From contig MU004232.1 of the NCBI GenBank assembly GCA_010405405.1, positions 1,321,481-1,385,480 on the forward strand: a DNA stretch of 64,000 nucleotides, given 5' to 3'. Below are positions 24,735 to 38,025 of this stretch, piece by piece. The stretch is from Microthyrium microscopicum (Eukaryota). The position numbers and the translations under genes are program-made. Under the pieces are notes generated by a model. It searched no databases. It was given only the letters and a program-made list of their open reading frames with translations, and was not told where the DNA came from. How positions within the stretch are numbered: the stretch's first letter is position 1; every line of letters begins with the position of its first letter.

Positions 24735-27700
24735 ATGCCAGGTTCATCAGGGAATTATGATCCTGAAGGTACTTTGTCATCACCCTCGTCCATCCCTATT
24801 CTAGTCATCTCGGATTTTGATTGAAAACAGATCTGGCAATAAGCGAGATGTCCATGGAAGAAGATGAGGATGCTCCAAACACCACTCCAGGCTATAATTC
24901 CCACGAAGGGCGCCAAATTGCTCCCACCATGGCTCCTCGGCCCATTCAACCGCGAATCTCAAATGCTATGTCGGACATGAATTCAGGAAACTCTAGAAAC
25001 ACGCCCATACGTGGCGCTGGGCACATGGCTTTTGATAAATACACGGTTGATATCACTCGTCAGGTCGCTACATGGTCAAGAGGTAGGTGCCTCTATTGCG
25101 AAAACATTGCTCAATCATACGGGCTTTATCTATGCCGTTACACGAGAGACACCAGAAGAGACTACAATATTGACGAGCAATAGGCATACCAAGTGGCCAT
25201 CTGAAAACCGTACCGGACTTTGACCTATTCGAATCGGTCAGTGCCATCGAGATAGGAGATCCAAAGATGGACAGTGGCGCTCCCCAGAATCAAAACGATC
25301 TTGACACAACATACGATACAAGCACGCGGCTTAGTAACTCGGAAATTATTTGGATCTTGGATATGCACCTGGGATGTTTGATGAACTGGAACCGTGGATT
25401 TCCCCTGGCTCAAACTCTCTTCACATCCGTTTACGTTGAGAAGCTACTATCTCCAGATCCAAAGCATCCAACTGTGCCTAAAACGATTGATGACATCAAA
25501 TCATTCTTTTCCCATCAGGAGCCGACTGGCGGAGACGCTGATATAAAAAACTTACAACATCCTTTATCGTTCCAAACGCTGACTATCAACCTGTTTGTCG
25601 TCATGGTCATCAAATGCTGTGGTGGGTTATGTCTTGTTATGTTGATGCCGTCTCTCTTGTGTCGACTCTAACGCTTCACTGAAATTCGATACTGATGACA
25701 TACAGGCCTAGCGATAGACTCTATAATCGAAAGTCAAGTACCAATCTATGAAGAAGAGGATATATCACTTCATACGTTAGGCCGTGGTAAGATTCCTTAA
25801 GTCAAATCACACTCGAATTCTATGATCTTCTGCTTTCTGGTCCTTCTTCTTTGCAGGCCGGCAAAGTCAGCATATCACTTGACCATATCAACGTGCGGCT
25901 CACAACACCCTTCGAATTGTATGCTAAATGGCTCAGATCTACTTCCAGCGATCAAACTTGGGCACATCGAGATGTTCTTTAGGGATTTTCTCTCTCAGGC
26001 AGAACGTTGGGATATTACAACACAAAGTGTCGACTCACCGAAGCGATCCCCATTAGCGGGAATCGTTCTACGAATGCAGTTTCTACACAAGCTTCTTGTA
26101 GCAATGGAGCGAGACATCTCTCCATCTGAACGGATTTCCTCACTTACAAGTGCTCAGTCCAAACTTGCGGATATAAAAAAGCTGGGGTCAGAAATATCGC
26201 CAGTTGATGGAGTCTTCGATCCACAGCTTCAACGTCGTCTGGCCAGTACATCTCCACTACGCCCTTTAGTGCTGAATTCCCCGAGCGATGCCTTATCACA
26301 TGCATCAGATTTCATAGAAGGGTTGCGCACGGCTGATTGGACTTTGCGGTGGGGAGAATGGGAGAATCCCAGTCTAACATTCAGAGTAAGTAGCATCCAA
26401 ATTGCCTGACGTGCTAGTCACTGATAGGTGGACAGAGAAGCTGCCAGCAATTTGCTTTCAACGAGAGTAAGAAGCTACCCCTTGTGCGAGCATACTCATT
26501 TCACAGCATTTGGCGCTCGCCGAACGAATCTTTTGAATTCCTAATGGTGCAGGATATTCTTAGTACAGTCCGCTGCTGGCCAGCACGCGATTTGTACCAC
26601 AGGGCATATGGGAACTTCCCCCAAGTAATGTCATATCCTCATCCTGATGAGCCTTCATCATATCGGGCAGTTTTGGATTTCTGTCAACGCGCTGTCGAAA
26701 TGGGAGGAGTAGGTTGACCGTTGATCTAAATATTATCTATGCTGACTCGATATAGGGTTACATAGACGTGCTGCGAGCATTCTGCTCTAACTCGTGCCGG
26801 CTTCGACGAACATTATGTCGATGTGTAAAGGCATTCGAAGAATTAGAACAATGCGAGGTACTGGCTTCTATGAGAACATCATACACAGAGTGCATGCTAA
26901 CTTGGCTTTGTTTTTGCATAGGCAGTAGAAGCCGACAACATACTCTCTGCAGACAACCGCTATCATGACGAGACGGCATCAAGGCCCATGACTACATGGA
27001 GCAGGACCCTAAAGCTAGAAATCATGCAAACTATCATTGAGATGGGTTTCCATCTTGACATGTACGCCTTGTCAGAGATGGTTTATATATATTCGTAGGT
27101 GTCCATCCCTGAGATGCTTGTACGTTGTTCTAACACTACTAGATATCTGGCAATGGTCTACAATGCTCGCATAGATCTCATTAGGTTCCAAAAACAGAAA
27201 CTGAACGAGAACCTGTCATCGTTTTCAATTGATGGCTTTGGCGTCAAACTTGACAGCCAACTTAGGATTAATACCGAGGAATTGAATGTTATCGAGGCCA
27301 TGCTTCGCGTACGTATGCCTAACTTTCTTCATATACAAACTGACAGCTTCGTAGCTTCATCGAGTGCTTCACTGGTTGGATATCGTTCCTGGTCTGAAGT
27401 TTTCCGAGAATCAAAACATAAAGCGCTGGGATTTGCGGATGAAACCATTCTGGCCCGTTCGCGAACCAGCTCCACCAACATGGCAAGAAGTCAGCGGATA
27501 TTGCGAATTAGGTAAGAACTTTACTTTCAAGCCGTTATTGGAAGCCATTCTGAATTCTTCCAGATTGGCCCAGGATAGAGAAAGGCCACGAGGTTGAGAG
27601 TGATCATCCAGTCCTATTATTTCTGGGAGAGATACATCGAGAGCTGGAAACGGCCAGCATCCAATACCAGGCTCAGCTGAGACACTTCCATAAATCTCAG

Positions 27701-27944
27701 TATATCGAGATCGAGGCTGAAGAGGTAATCTGATGATGGCCTCTTGTAAGTTGTTGTTACTAATTGATTATAGAAATTACTGCTTGCGAAGCATACAACA
27801 ACAATGCACATCATCTCCCAGTTGGAGACCTTAATCACATGCTTGAAGACTGGGGAAAAATTCAATCTTCTATGGGAGACGCAGCCTACCAAGAGTTACG
27901 ACTGGTACAACGTTTTCCATACTCCTGATATTGTCAAGGCATAG
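24735..27944 (+). CDS. MAK10: NatC N-terminal acetyltransferase auxiliary subunit Mak10/Naa35 (about 12 introns; divergent)
   Basis: After splicing: FDLFESVSAIEIGDPKMDSG, W.RGFPLAQTLFTSVY, YEEED, QRRLASTSPLRP, NSCRLRRTLC and MGFHLDMY. The exact 3' exon structure is less certain. Confidence 0.8.
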
Positions 27945-28090
27945 ATGAAGTCACAAACATCAATATGACATCGTACCATCTTTCATTAGGTTGAATACGA
28001 ACACAGAATATACTAGCACTGCCGAGCAAAGTCGAGCTCGGCATCGATTAGTGTTACATTAATTGACACACTTACATATAGAACTTGCGT

Positions 28091-29458
28091 TCAAAGTTTT
28101 GGTAAAACAGGCGGGATTCCTCCTGCTCCTCTCGAGCCAAAGCCAAATAGAAATGCCGCAACCTTTCTCATTTGAATCTCTTCACTTCCTTCTGTAATTC
28201 TATATCGACGATGATGTCTCCAGATATGCTCAAAAGGAAGTTCTCGACTATATCCATTGCCGCCATGTACTTGAATGGCTCGATCAGCCGCCTCGCAACA
28301 AAGCCGATTCGAATAGTAGTTACACATGGAGATTTCCATACCCAATTTAGTGTCAACTTCCTTATGCGGTATCTTGTCCATCTCGGAGGCGGTCTTTCTT
28401 ATGAGCTGGCGTAACATAGTCGCTTGCGTTGCCAGCTCTACGAGTGGGAACTGAATTCCTTGGTTGTGAGAAAGGGGCGTTCCAAATGGCTTCCTCTTAT
28501 TGGCATATTTGACACTTTCGTTTATGCAGAATACTGCGGCTCCTAGTGAAGAAGCGGCTTGTCGAATGCGATTCTCATGAACAAAAGCCTGCGCTATAGC
28601 CAATCCGCCATGAAGAGGACCTAAGACACCGCTGTCCGGCACGAATACATCCTGAAGGCTAATAGTCGCATGATCCGTTGGCATATTCAGCGTCCTGTTT
28701 GTAAATTAGCCAGCAACACTTCATCTCGATCATGCTTTATACCATTCATAGCTCTCCACCTTGAACCCATCACTCTTCGGATCAACCACAAAGCACGTAA
28801 TCCCCTTCGCCTGTCCATCCTTTCCATCCGTCCGCGCAAACACAAAACAATGCGTCGCACGATGCATTCCCGTCTGCCACTTCTTCTTCCCCGTCACAAA
28901 CCACCCCTTGACTCCATCCTTCTCGCCCCTCCGACCCTTAGTCTCCATATGCGTCGCATCGCTCCCATGCTCCGGCTCCGTCAACCCAAATGTCACTCTC
29001 ACCTGCCTCTTCAACCGCCCTCCTATGAACTCCCGCTTCTGCTCCTCCGTGCCGAACTCACTGACCATGAGCACATCCGGAAAGTTACCAACCACACTGT
29101 GCTCCGTCTGCAGATCATTTTCTAGTCCTAGACCACGACTTGCCAGATGCTCACGCACGACAGCCATCCAGACGTTGCCGCCGCGTCCACTGCCATCCCG
29201 CTGGCCGCCAAATTGTGCGGGTAGAGCGAGGCGGTAGAAGCCAGCTTCGTCAGCGCGGGCGACGGCTGCGTGGAGAAGATCTTCCCATTCAGGACTTGGG
29301 AGTCCGCCAGCGTCCCAGTCGGTGCGGGCGTGTTCCCGGCGGTGGTCGAAAAAGCGGTTGTTATCGTCAGTATGTTGGAGAGGTGTGATTGATCTGTCTA
29401 TGAAGGTGTCGAGGTCGCGGAGGAATTGGATGAGATCTGGTGGGAGAGAAAAGTCCAT
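28091..29458 (-). CDS. Acyl-CoA dehydrogenase family protein
   Basis: FGLTEPEHGSDA, GKKKW, RIRQAA, RKPFG, QGIQFPL, AIQVHGGNGY and RITEGSEEIQ. One intron near 28697-28740. Confidence 0.92.
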
Positions 29459-30063
29459 GATCGCGAACTGGAATAGAGTAACTTATGTAAGATTTATGGT
29501 AGCGTGTTGTTGACAAGCCGGTATCACATCTGAAGGAATTATACTGGGCCCGAATCCTAGCTCTTTCTTTATCGTCCTTTCTTGGGCACAACTTGTAGTA
29601 CACTAATACTCCAGGCTCCTGGCTCGAAAGATTTATTCTTAAAGCAACTTACGAAGTTACGATAACGTACAGAGTCAAATGCTGATCATTCGACATCCGA
29701 GGCGATCTCACGGCCCCCGCAGATCTCCACTCCCTTGATGCATGCTTTATGTACCCCAGTCTTTAGCGTATTGTGGAGACGCCTATATATACCCCTTTTG
29801 GTGTAGCAATATATACAATGGAAGTTTTGAATATCGAAGCTCATTCCAATATTATTCAAAACAATTATTTTGAAGCATTTACAATGTCATTCAGGAATAT
29901 TCACGATACTAGGTAGTTATGATAGCAATTTTGAACATCTTGACTCTGGAGAAAATTAGTTCGTGCTCTATATATTCAAAAATATAAAAATTCCTTCTCA
30001 TAACTAACATGGGCCATGGGTCTCCAAGTTGTCCCAATGCCCCTTTCTCGTTCGTTTCAATTC

Positions 30064-30862
30064 CTAATACTCCCATGATACGTCTTTGTAATCGACATCA
30101 CGAATTGGGGCGCCGCAAAGCTTCAGCATGAAATCCTGCAAGGTATCCTCAGCGCCCCAGGTGTCCCTCATGAACGCTGCCATGAGATCAAGACCATTGA
30201 GGAGAGTTCCACTAGTCCAGAGCTTTCCATCTCGGACCCAGCGCTTTTCTACCCAATTGGCATTAGGAGCAGCTTTCTTGAGGTCGGCAAGCAGAGGGCG
30301 TGGAGATGTTACGGTTTTCCCATCGAAGATACCAGCTTGTAGTGGAGCCATAAAGCCACCACAGATGGTAATGAAGGCAGCAGATTCTTCATAAGCCTTG
30401 CGAATGAATTCAAGTTCGGCCTCGGAGGGAGCATAGCCCAATTGATGTGCACCCATGAGAGCAATATCGAGGGATGGGCAAGTGCCAAACGAGTGCTATG
30501 GCGAATTTTCAGCATTTACTATTTCAAGTACTCTATTGACTTACTGTTGGCAAAAGTTTGATTCCGCTCGTCAGTTTGCACGGAGCTTCTATGTTTTCAG
30601 CGACCCAAATGAATTCAAAGTCCACTGCCTGCTTCTTCAATTCAGGGGAGAGCATATTGTCCGGACATTCTTGAACAAACTTCTTAGAACTTCCATGGAG
30701 CAAGTCAATGGCTCCGACATCTAGGATCTCGGTTTCCCTATCAACATTGTTAGTCAACCACACTCATCTATTGAAGGGCTCTCTTGATGCTCACGAATTG
30801 AGAAGGATAACACCCACCCTGATTGGGCGATCGGGGATGTTGAGATCAATGGAAGGCGGCAT
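30064..30862 (-). CDS. DJ-1/PfpI (ThiJ) family protein
   Basis: IRVGVIL, ETEILD, nucleophile elbow ITICGG, AGIFDGKTVT and KRWVRDGKLWTSG. Two introns. Confidence 0.85.
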
Positions 30863-31626
30863 AGTTTAAAGAGATTGAGCCTTGGTTCTCTTGTAACTTC
30901 TTGGGTACTATATGTCTGGATATGCGACGAGGCATGACATATTTATATCCCCAGAATTGCAACTCAGCATCCCTCATCGCGTATCATCTTCGAGCGCATT
31001 TTAGGCAACTATCAAATGCAAAACGCGCCTGATATAGTGACACTAATGTGTGGAAAGAAACCATACTCAGATGATTTATCGTAGAATGAAGAATGCGCTC
31101 AACTTGGTACAGTAACGCGGCCGTTGCTATCACTTGTCCCAGGCTCGCGTACTCTTGCCTGCCATTCATTTGCTAGGCCTCGCGAGCTTCGCCTCCAACT
31201 GCCATCCGAAATTGAGAGAATAGCATCCCGCATTGCCCCTGTGCCCCTATTTTCCTTACATTTCTCAGCACCAAGGAAATACGTTAACACCACCACGAAG
31301 TTTTCAGATGATACGAGTCGGTCAGTACGAGGACCCAGAGGTTGTTTGCAAACTCCAATTGCTGGAAAATCCGCTAGATCGTAGCTCTGTTACCCTCGCG
31401 ATGTGAGTCTAAAGGAACCGAGAATATTATTCAAATTGACAAATCGCATTATTCTCAAATCGGGTTTACAAAATGGCCACGAAAGGGTATCAACGCCTAC
31501 ACTTTCTCGGCCCAAAAACCTGGAAGACTTCATCGCTTCCACACTCAACTAGCCAACCCTCAATCCCCTGCTCTCCGGCATTCTTCTGAAAACAGATCAA
31601 TCACTAACTGGCAAACCATGGTCCGA

Positions 31627-33420
31627 TCAACAATTACTATTAGTTCCGGGCTCTGTCACTGGAAAGAAGTTTACCTCCAATCCATCCGCGGGTCGAGTCG
31701 AAAGATAGCCTGTTCGCTTTGGCTCATCATCCGCGTTCACCAAGGCAATAGTATATCGCCTATACCAAGCCGCAACCACGCACAAGATTTCGGATCGCGC
31801 AAAGTCCTTGCCAATACAGCCTCGAGGACCGTGGATGAATGTCATGTTCGCATAGTTGCTTACGGCGCCACCAGAGTTTGATGCCTCACCATGTTCGTTA
31901 AGCCAGCGCTCTGGCTTAAATTCCATACTATCATCGCCCCAAAGATCCTTGTTGGTGTTCATGCCATTGACGGACATCATAACAGTAGTTCCTTTTGGAA
32001 TCATGGTGCCGCAAATTTCGACATCGTTTTGGGCAACGCGGATGATTTTTGGCACAGCAGGTTCGAAGCGTAGTATCTCGTTGACAACTGCGTTGAGGTA
32101 TGGGAGTCTGTCAAGCTCAAGAGGATCGAATTCCTTGTTATAGTCCGGAAGAGCGACGTTGCGCTCCACGAGACGTGAAAGGCGCTCAACTTTGGTAAAT
32201 GACTTGCCATTACGCGGAATAACGGTCTGAAGCTCGCGGCATAGCTTGCGCTGGATATCGAGATTCTTGCCCAAGTGATATACGAGCCAAGTCAGTGCTA
32301 CAGCAGTGGTCTCATGTCCAGCGGCGAGAAATGTCATCATTTGATTTACCAACTCGTCGTTTGTGAAGCCACCTGATTTCATGGCCACAGAGAGGATGTC
32401 AGAACCAAATTGGCCGTCCTTGTTCTTCTCATCAATAAGGTCGCGCGCGACATCCCGTAGCACCTTGGCAGCGTCTCGAGTCTGCTTTTTGGAAGCTAGA
32501 GGGATGGGCAGTTTGAAGAACCAGTATATCGGGACGTAAAAGCCCAATGCCATCCATCTGAAGAATGGACGCTCCTTGACCAAGATTTTGTGTGTTTTGA
32601 AGAGCTCGTTGCCTGGGTCCTGAATAGAATTGAAGTCGTGTCCCATTCCTGCGAGTCCGATGATGTCCAAGCTCACGCGTGCTGTCCAGTCGCTTGCGAA
32701 TTGAGGAGTCTTAGATCCAGGTAGTTTGCAACCTTCCGAATAAATACAATCGACAGACTCTAGCGCTTTGGACCAGAACACCGGATATAGGTCTTTGATG
32801 TGACGGTATTGGAAGGCAGGTTGCATAATCTTCTTTTGTCGCTACAATTACGTCAATTAACAATCAGTCAGGTCATTTTGAAATGGCTTACCTTGTGCTC
32901 CTCGCCAGACGCCAGAAGCAGTCCATTGCCCAAAATCTCTCGGACCAAGGAATTGCTCTGAAAGTCTTTGTCGAAGTCGTAGCACTTGGTGACTAACACC
33001 TCTCGAACAGCTGCTGGACTACTTAAGAGAATGCGCTCTTGGTTGAGCAAGACTCGGAAACGAATGAGACCGTCGTTGGGGATCGAGTTGACCCAGTGCT
33101 TGTACGCCTCGCCATTTGCAACTTTCCCAAGTATTGCAGCATGCGCCCATGGGAATTTGCCGCCCTAACGACGTTAGTTGGGTAGAAACAGTAGGCGAGT
33201 CAGTATATGGACGTACTTGAGGCTCTGGTAAGTGGCGCAGCGGGCTGAAGTAGAAGGGATAGACGAATATCTGGTAAATATGCCCGCAAACGAGCGCAGC
33301 CAGACTTATCAATATCGCGTTCGTATACGTGTCCTCTAGCGAGATTAAAACAAGTCCTGCGGAAACTGCAAAGAGCACGAATTTGAGCGCAAAGACGTAT
33401 GTAGGTCGTGGGATGGACAT
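31627..33420 (-). CDS. Cytochrome P450 monooxygenase
   Basis: N-terminal transmembrane segment and SPLRHLPEP, then AAGHETT, EILR, FKPERW and heme motif FIHGPRGCIG. Two introns. Confidence 0.95.
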
Positions 33421-34179
33421 TATGGAATCAGATCAATCGTTGATGGTGTAGAAGTTTTGGAACTTAAGTAAGGGCTGGTAGGTCCGCAGGTTCGAAATCA
33501 AAAAGGTTGAAGTGGCTAGCAAAGTACCAGGCAAATTAAATGAGTAGGTTCTCAGCCTATTGTAATATGAGAATGTGAGAGTGACTGAATGTTGGCGGTG
33601 TTGACGGTGTTGTTGCCCGAGGGAGAAGGTGAGATTCGCTGGCAAAGTGAAAACGAGGCGAAAGATACGCACCTAGGAAGGCTCAACAATGGTACCGAAT
33701 CTAGGTAGTGCTCTTACCGCGCTTGGTAGGAGGTATCGCTAAGCTCCCTTATATGAGGTTAACTTTCTGATGATCATATTGGAGCTTGACTTACTGAAGT
33801 CACTATACGACCAGTGTCTTGCAAAATACACACTTAGGTACATAGCAAGCTATGAACCATCGCTTTCGCGTTTAATTACCCCCCTATGGACGTACTTGGG
33901 TGTATTATGAGAAGGAAGGGTTAGTTTTGAGAAGAAAAGGATTGTATAAGGCTGAACAAAGCTGGACAAGGCTGAGAGAATATCCAGCCCTGGCTGCTTG
34001 AAACCACCCGCCAGCTTGCTAATAATACTTAATAGCATAACATATAGCACGTAAATTAGTCCGCTCTATACATTTATCATTCTCTAAACTAGCGTCCCAA
34101 AATTAAAACTATAGATCATCAACACCTACAGAATGATCTGCAAAGATTCAGTCAGTCTCTCACCACCCTGTCGTTCATT

Positions 34180-35586
34180 ATGCAGTCGTTTGCTTTAAGT
34201 CTGGTGTCAAGTTTGGCATTCCTCTGGAGCTTAGCTCTAGCCAGTCCTGATCAGCAGCTTCAAATCAACACCGTTGGCGATGTCAAAGAATGCACAGTGA
34301 CCCCAGCTGGGCCTGGCAAAGACGATGTTCCCGCTATTCTCAAAGCATTCAAAGAGTGCAATTATGGCGGGCGCGTTTTGTTCCCAAAAGGCCAGAGATA
34401 CTGGATCGCTACCAAGCTCAACCCTGTAGTTGATACGATTGAGATAGACTGGCAAGGAGAATGGAAGGCAAGTTCTACGGCGCATAGTTTTAGCGATGGT
34501 GGTGTACTAACAGCGTCTGCTAGTTTTCCGATAATCTCGAATACTGGCGCAAGAACTCCTACCCTATCGAATTCCAAAATCACGCAGCGGGCTTCATCCT
34601 CGGAGGCAAGAACATCAAGATAGACGGCCACGGTACCGGCGGCATCCACGGCAACGGCGACGTATGGTACAACGATGAAGAAGCGAAGACTCGACCTGGT
34701 CGTCCCATGCCATTCGTGCTGGTGAACGTGACGGATGTGGTGGTCAAGAACTTTTATGTGATTCAACCACAATTATGGGCAATAAACATAATGGGCGGCA
34801 AGAACCTGGAGTTTGAGAATATCTACGTGAATGCGACGGCTACAAGAGCGCCTTGGGGCAAAAATTGGGTGCAAAATACTGACGGATTCGATACGATGGA
34901 TGCGAAGGATGTGAAGTTAACAAATTTTGTGTACCAGGGAGGTGATGATTGCATTGCGATCAAGCCAAGGAGTTATAATATTGAAGTTAGGAATGCGACG
35001 TGTCGAGGAGGAAATGGTATGGCTATTGGGAGTCTTGGTCAGTACCAGGAAGATTCGACGGTGGAAAACGTACTTGTCAAAGATGTCAAGGTGAGTAATG
35101 CCAATGTCGCTTCTATTCCGCCCTGACAGCTGGCAGATTATCCGCTATAATGAGGACATGCACAACTGCGCTTATATCAAAACCTGGATCGGAGAATCAG
35201 TTGAGCAGAAAGGATACGAGTCAGCTGGCAAACCACGAGGCGGCGGATGGGGAATCGTCCGAAACATTACGTTTTCTAATTTTGACATTGATGGAGCTGA
35301 CGGAGCACCATCTATCAATCAAGATAATGGCAATAACGGCAAGCATGCGGGCTCAAGCAAGATGGAGGTTTCGCAGATTGTGTTTGAGAACTTTAGAGGG
35401 CATCTCAATGGGCGATCGTCAGTAACATCAAGCATCAACTGCTCGAAAGTCAAGCCATGCTTTGATATTGAATACCGCAACTTCAAGTTGAGGCCCAAGA
35501 AGGGCGCGGAGGGATTCGGCACTGGAAAATGTAAGAACATCAAGCCTGGCAGCGTGAAGGGGCTTGCGGGTGAGGGGTGTAGTTGA
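34180..35586 (+). CDS. Secreted GH28 pectin-degrading enzyme (exo-rhamnogalacturonase/exo-polygalacturonase type)
   Basis: Signal peptide, DDVPAI..AF..C, NTDGFD, GGDDCIAIK, GMAIGSLG and YIKTW. Introns 34468-34523 (GC-AG) and about 35091-35136. Confidence 0.9.
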
Positions 35587-35659
35587 TGCTCAGTCAGTTC
35601 ATAGTCACTAATTAACAATGAACGTGTTCTCCAACAATGAATTCTGATTATTGACCATG

Positions 35660-36469
35660 TTATCTTTTGATGCGCTGCTGAGTATCCGACTTGGAGTCAC
35701 CACCGCTTGCGGTATCGGTTTTCTTGCCAGCCATCCATGAGGCAAAGTCGCCAGCCAGATCCATATTCTGTATGTTCGACGTCGTGGCGGTCGCGCCGGT
35801 TCCCGACTTTTGCATCGCTTCGAATTCGGCTTTCATTTCGGGATCCACTGCTTGATATTAGACATGCTCTGTGACATAAGCGAGAGTACTCACTGTTGTC
35901 CATAATGTATGGAATTCCAACAACCATCGCAAGACTGAAGATGGCGATGAGTATCATAGGACTTTTGAGGATTGAAGTGGCCGAAACTGGATTGAATGAT
36001 TAGCTTATGGCAACGTTGGATGATCAACGCTCTTACATGACGGTCGGTCATAGTAGTACTCTCTCTTTGCAACAGCGCGGACTTGGATGTTAGCCTGAGT
36101 ATCCGCAGCTTCACATCCCCCTCGTTGTTCTCCTGTGTTGGTCCATTCATTTCCGCGATATGTCTGCCATGATGCGACCTCTCCGCTTGGCTCCACGTCG
36201 ATGCGCAAGTTCTCAAATGTCACATCTCGAGAGTAGACGCTAAGTAGGTGGGACCCAGGGGGAACATCTGCGAAGACGAAGTTGTTGTGTCGAGATATTG
36301 GAGCGATCAAAGGGCTGCCATTTGATGATAGGACGGCTTTCGTGTCGGATGGAAGAGTTGCAGGATTGGCGAGAATATGCGTGGCGGGAACGTCGATTTG
36401 TATGCGTACGGAGGACACGAGAAGGGGAAGGGCTAGTATCAGCAGGGCTGAGTTTTTCAAGGGCCACAT
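35660..36469 (-). CDS. EMC7: ER membrane protein complex subunit 7-like (DUF2012)
   Basis: Signal peptide, NPATLP, FVFADVPPGSHLL, WQTYRGNEW, EYY..R, LKSPMIL..transmembrane..PYIMDNMDPE. Two introns. Confidence 0.8.
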
Positions 36470-36853
36470 CTTAGGTATTTCTGAGGTTCAAGAGCTGTGA
36501 TGGGGATGGGGATGGATGCGGTTTGAGGAAGTTGAAGTTCTGAACGCGGATGCCATGTGGTTCGAAACGGCTAGCGTCAAATATTGATCCTAGCCCCAAG
36601 CGTGGCGAGCAGAATGCGCTTTCTATTGGATGAAATTAACTACGACAAGGCTGAAATTGAGCAAAGTGTTTATATTTGTGTTCTTCATGTTTCAATGATG
36701 GCAATGACTAAGTACAAAATACAATCAAGGTTGTAACCGCATTTATTGGCGATCACGAGTATCTATAGAATAAGGCCACTGCAACTGTCCTCATCACACC
36801 TTTCGCAGAAAAAACCAAACTCGTCAAATGGCTGAAAGGCCCCCACAATTAGC

Positions 36854-37451
36854 CTAGATCTCGATGCTAGGGCGGACCTTCTTGAATCGTTGAACCAGGA
36901 TCTTCATTGCGCGAAGGGGAGTGTCCATAGGCTCCTGCTTGATCTTGACATCGCCATCAGAGGACCCTCCGGATAAGGTGACACTGGAAGTCAGAGCTGG
37001 CGTAGTGTCCTGGGATGGCAAGCGGCTCATTGGTGTCAGCTGTATTTTGCGAGTGCTGCCATGAGACTGTCGATGATGGATCTTGCGCTGGCGTCGTTCG
37101 AGCTTTCCAAGCTCTTTCGACACAGACTGGCGGAATTCGGCACCAATGGGTAGCTTGCTTGGTGGAGTGCGAACCGACTTTACGGATTTGGGCTGTCCGT
37201 TCTCGAACTTGATGCGAAGAATTGGTTCTATTGAAAGGTTAGTATGGCAGGAGGGAGAAACCGCTAGGGAAGATCTTACTGCAGTATTTGCGGTTCCATT
37301 TGGCAAGGGCTTTCTTCTGAGCCTCCTTGTGCAGTGAGCTGGGTTCGTCCATTATGGATTCGGCGAAAGGTTCGGCTTGCTGGTTCAGGAAGTTGCGGGC
37401 TTGCTTATGAAGCATGAAGGCTTTGGCACTGTGGGCACAGTAGATAGACAT
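36854..37451 (-). CDS. Hypothetical basic protein (~180 aa, 2 exons)
   Basis: ORFs 37451-37239 and 37306-36854 join in frame across a GTAAGA..TACTAAC..TAG intron (about 37229-37280). No family recognised; contains VKIKQEP. Confidence 0.5.
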
Positions 37452-38025
37452 TTTGGCAGAGAAGCGGAATGTCTGGGTACTGAAGGCAAGTTAGGTAGTA
37501 AGTGAGTAGTAAAGTCACGCTGCAGAAAGAGTAAGTGTTTGCTGGCAAAGATGCAGATGGTAACTGCGCAAGTGGGAACTTACTGAGATCTGTAGTGTCT
37601 GGAATAGACGTTGTAGACAGTCAGATGTAGAAATGGTTGGGTTTGCTATAAGCTGATAAAGCGACAATGTAGGCCGATTTGCTGTAGCTGAATTGTGATT
37701 TGATCGTGATATATGATGTCGAATTTGAAACGTGATGGAGGGATCGAAGAAGTCTGAGATCAAGTTGGCGAGCAGCTGGTTTTGTAGAAACCGTATTGTA
37801 TTGTCAGCCGCTTAGATCTATTGTGCAGATGTCAGATGCCATATTTTCCACTCTAGATCCCCCAGATTGCCGAATTGGGAAAGGGCACCTACTCCAACCA
37901 TATGTTCTCGCAAGACGCAATTGGTTAAACACCTGGATATAGGCAGCATCAATAGATAGCAAATAAACATTGTTCTTGAATAGTGAAATTCTATTCATGT
38001 CATTGTCCCAATTTCAAATCTGCGA

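Noticed and set aside
25788..25938. Possible 9-nt micro-exon (AG|GCCGGCAAA|GTCAGC) inside a long MAK10 intron
   Set aside because: There is no branch point before the internal AG, and direct splicing already gives a sensible frame (HTLGRDLL).
28091..35586. ACAD, DJ-1, P450 and GH28 as a biosynthetic gene cluster
   Set aside because: There is no PKS, NRPS or terpene core enzyme, transporter or pathway regulator, and the functions are unrelated.
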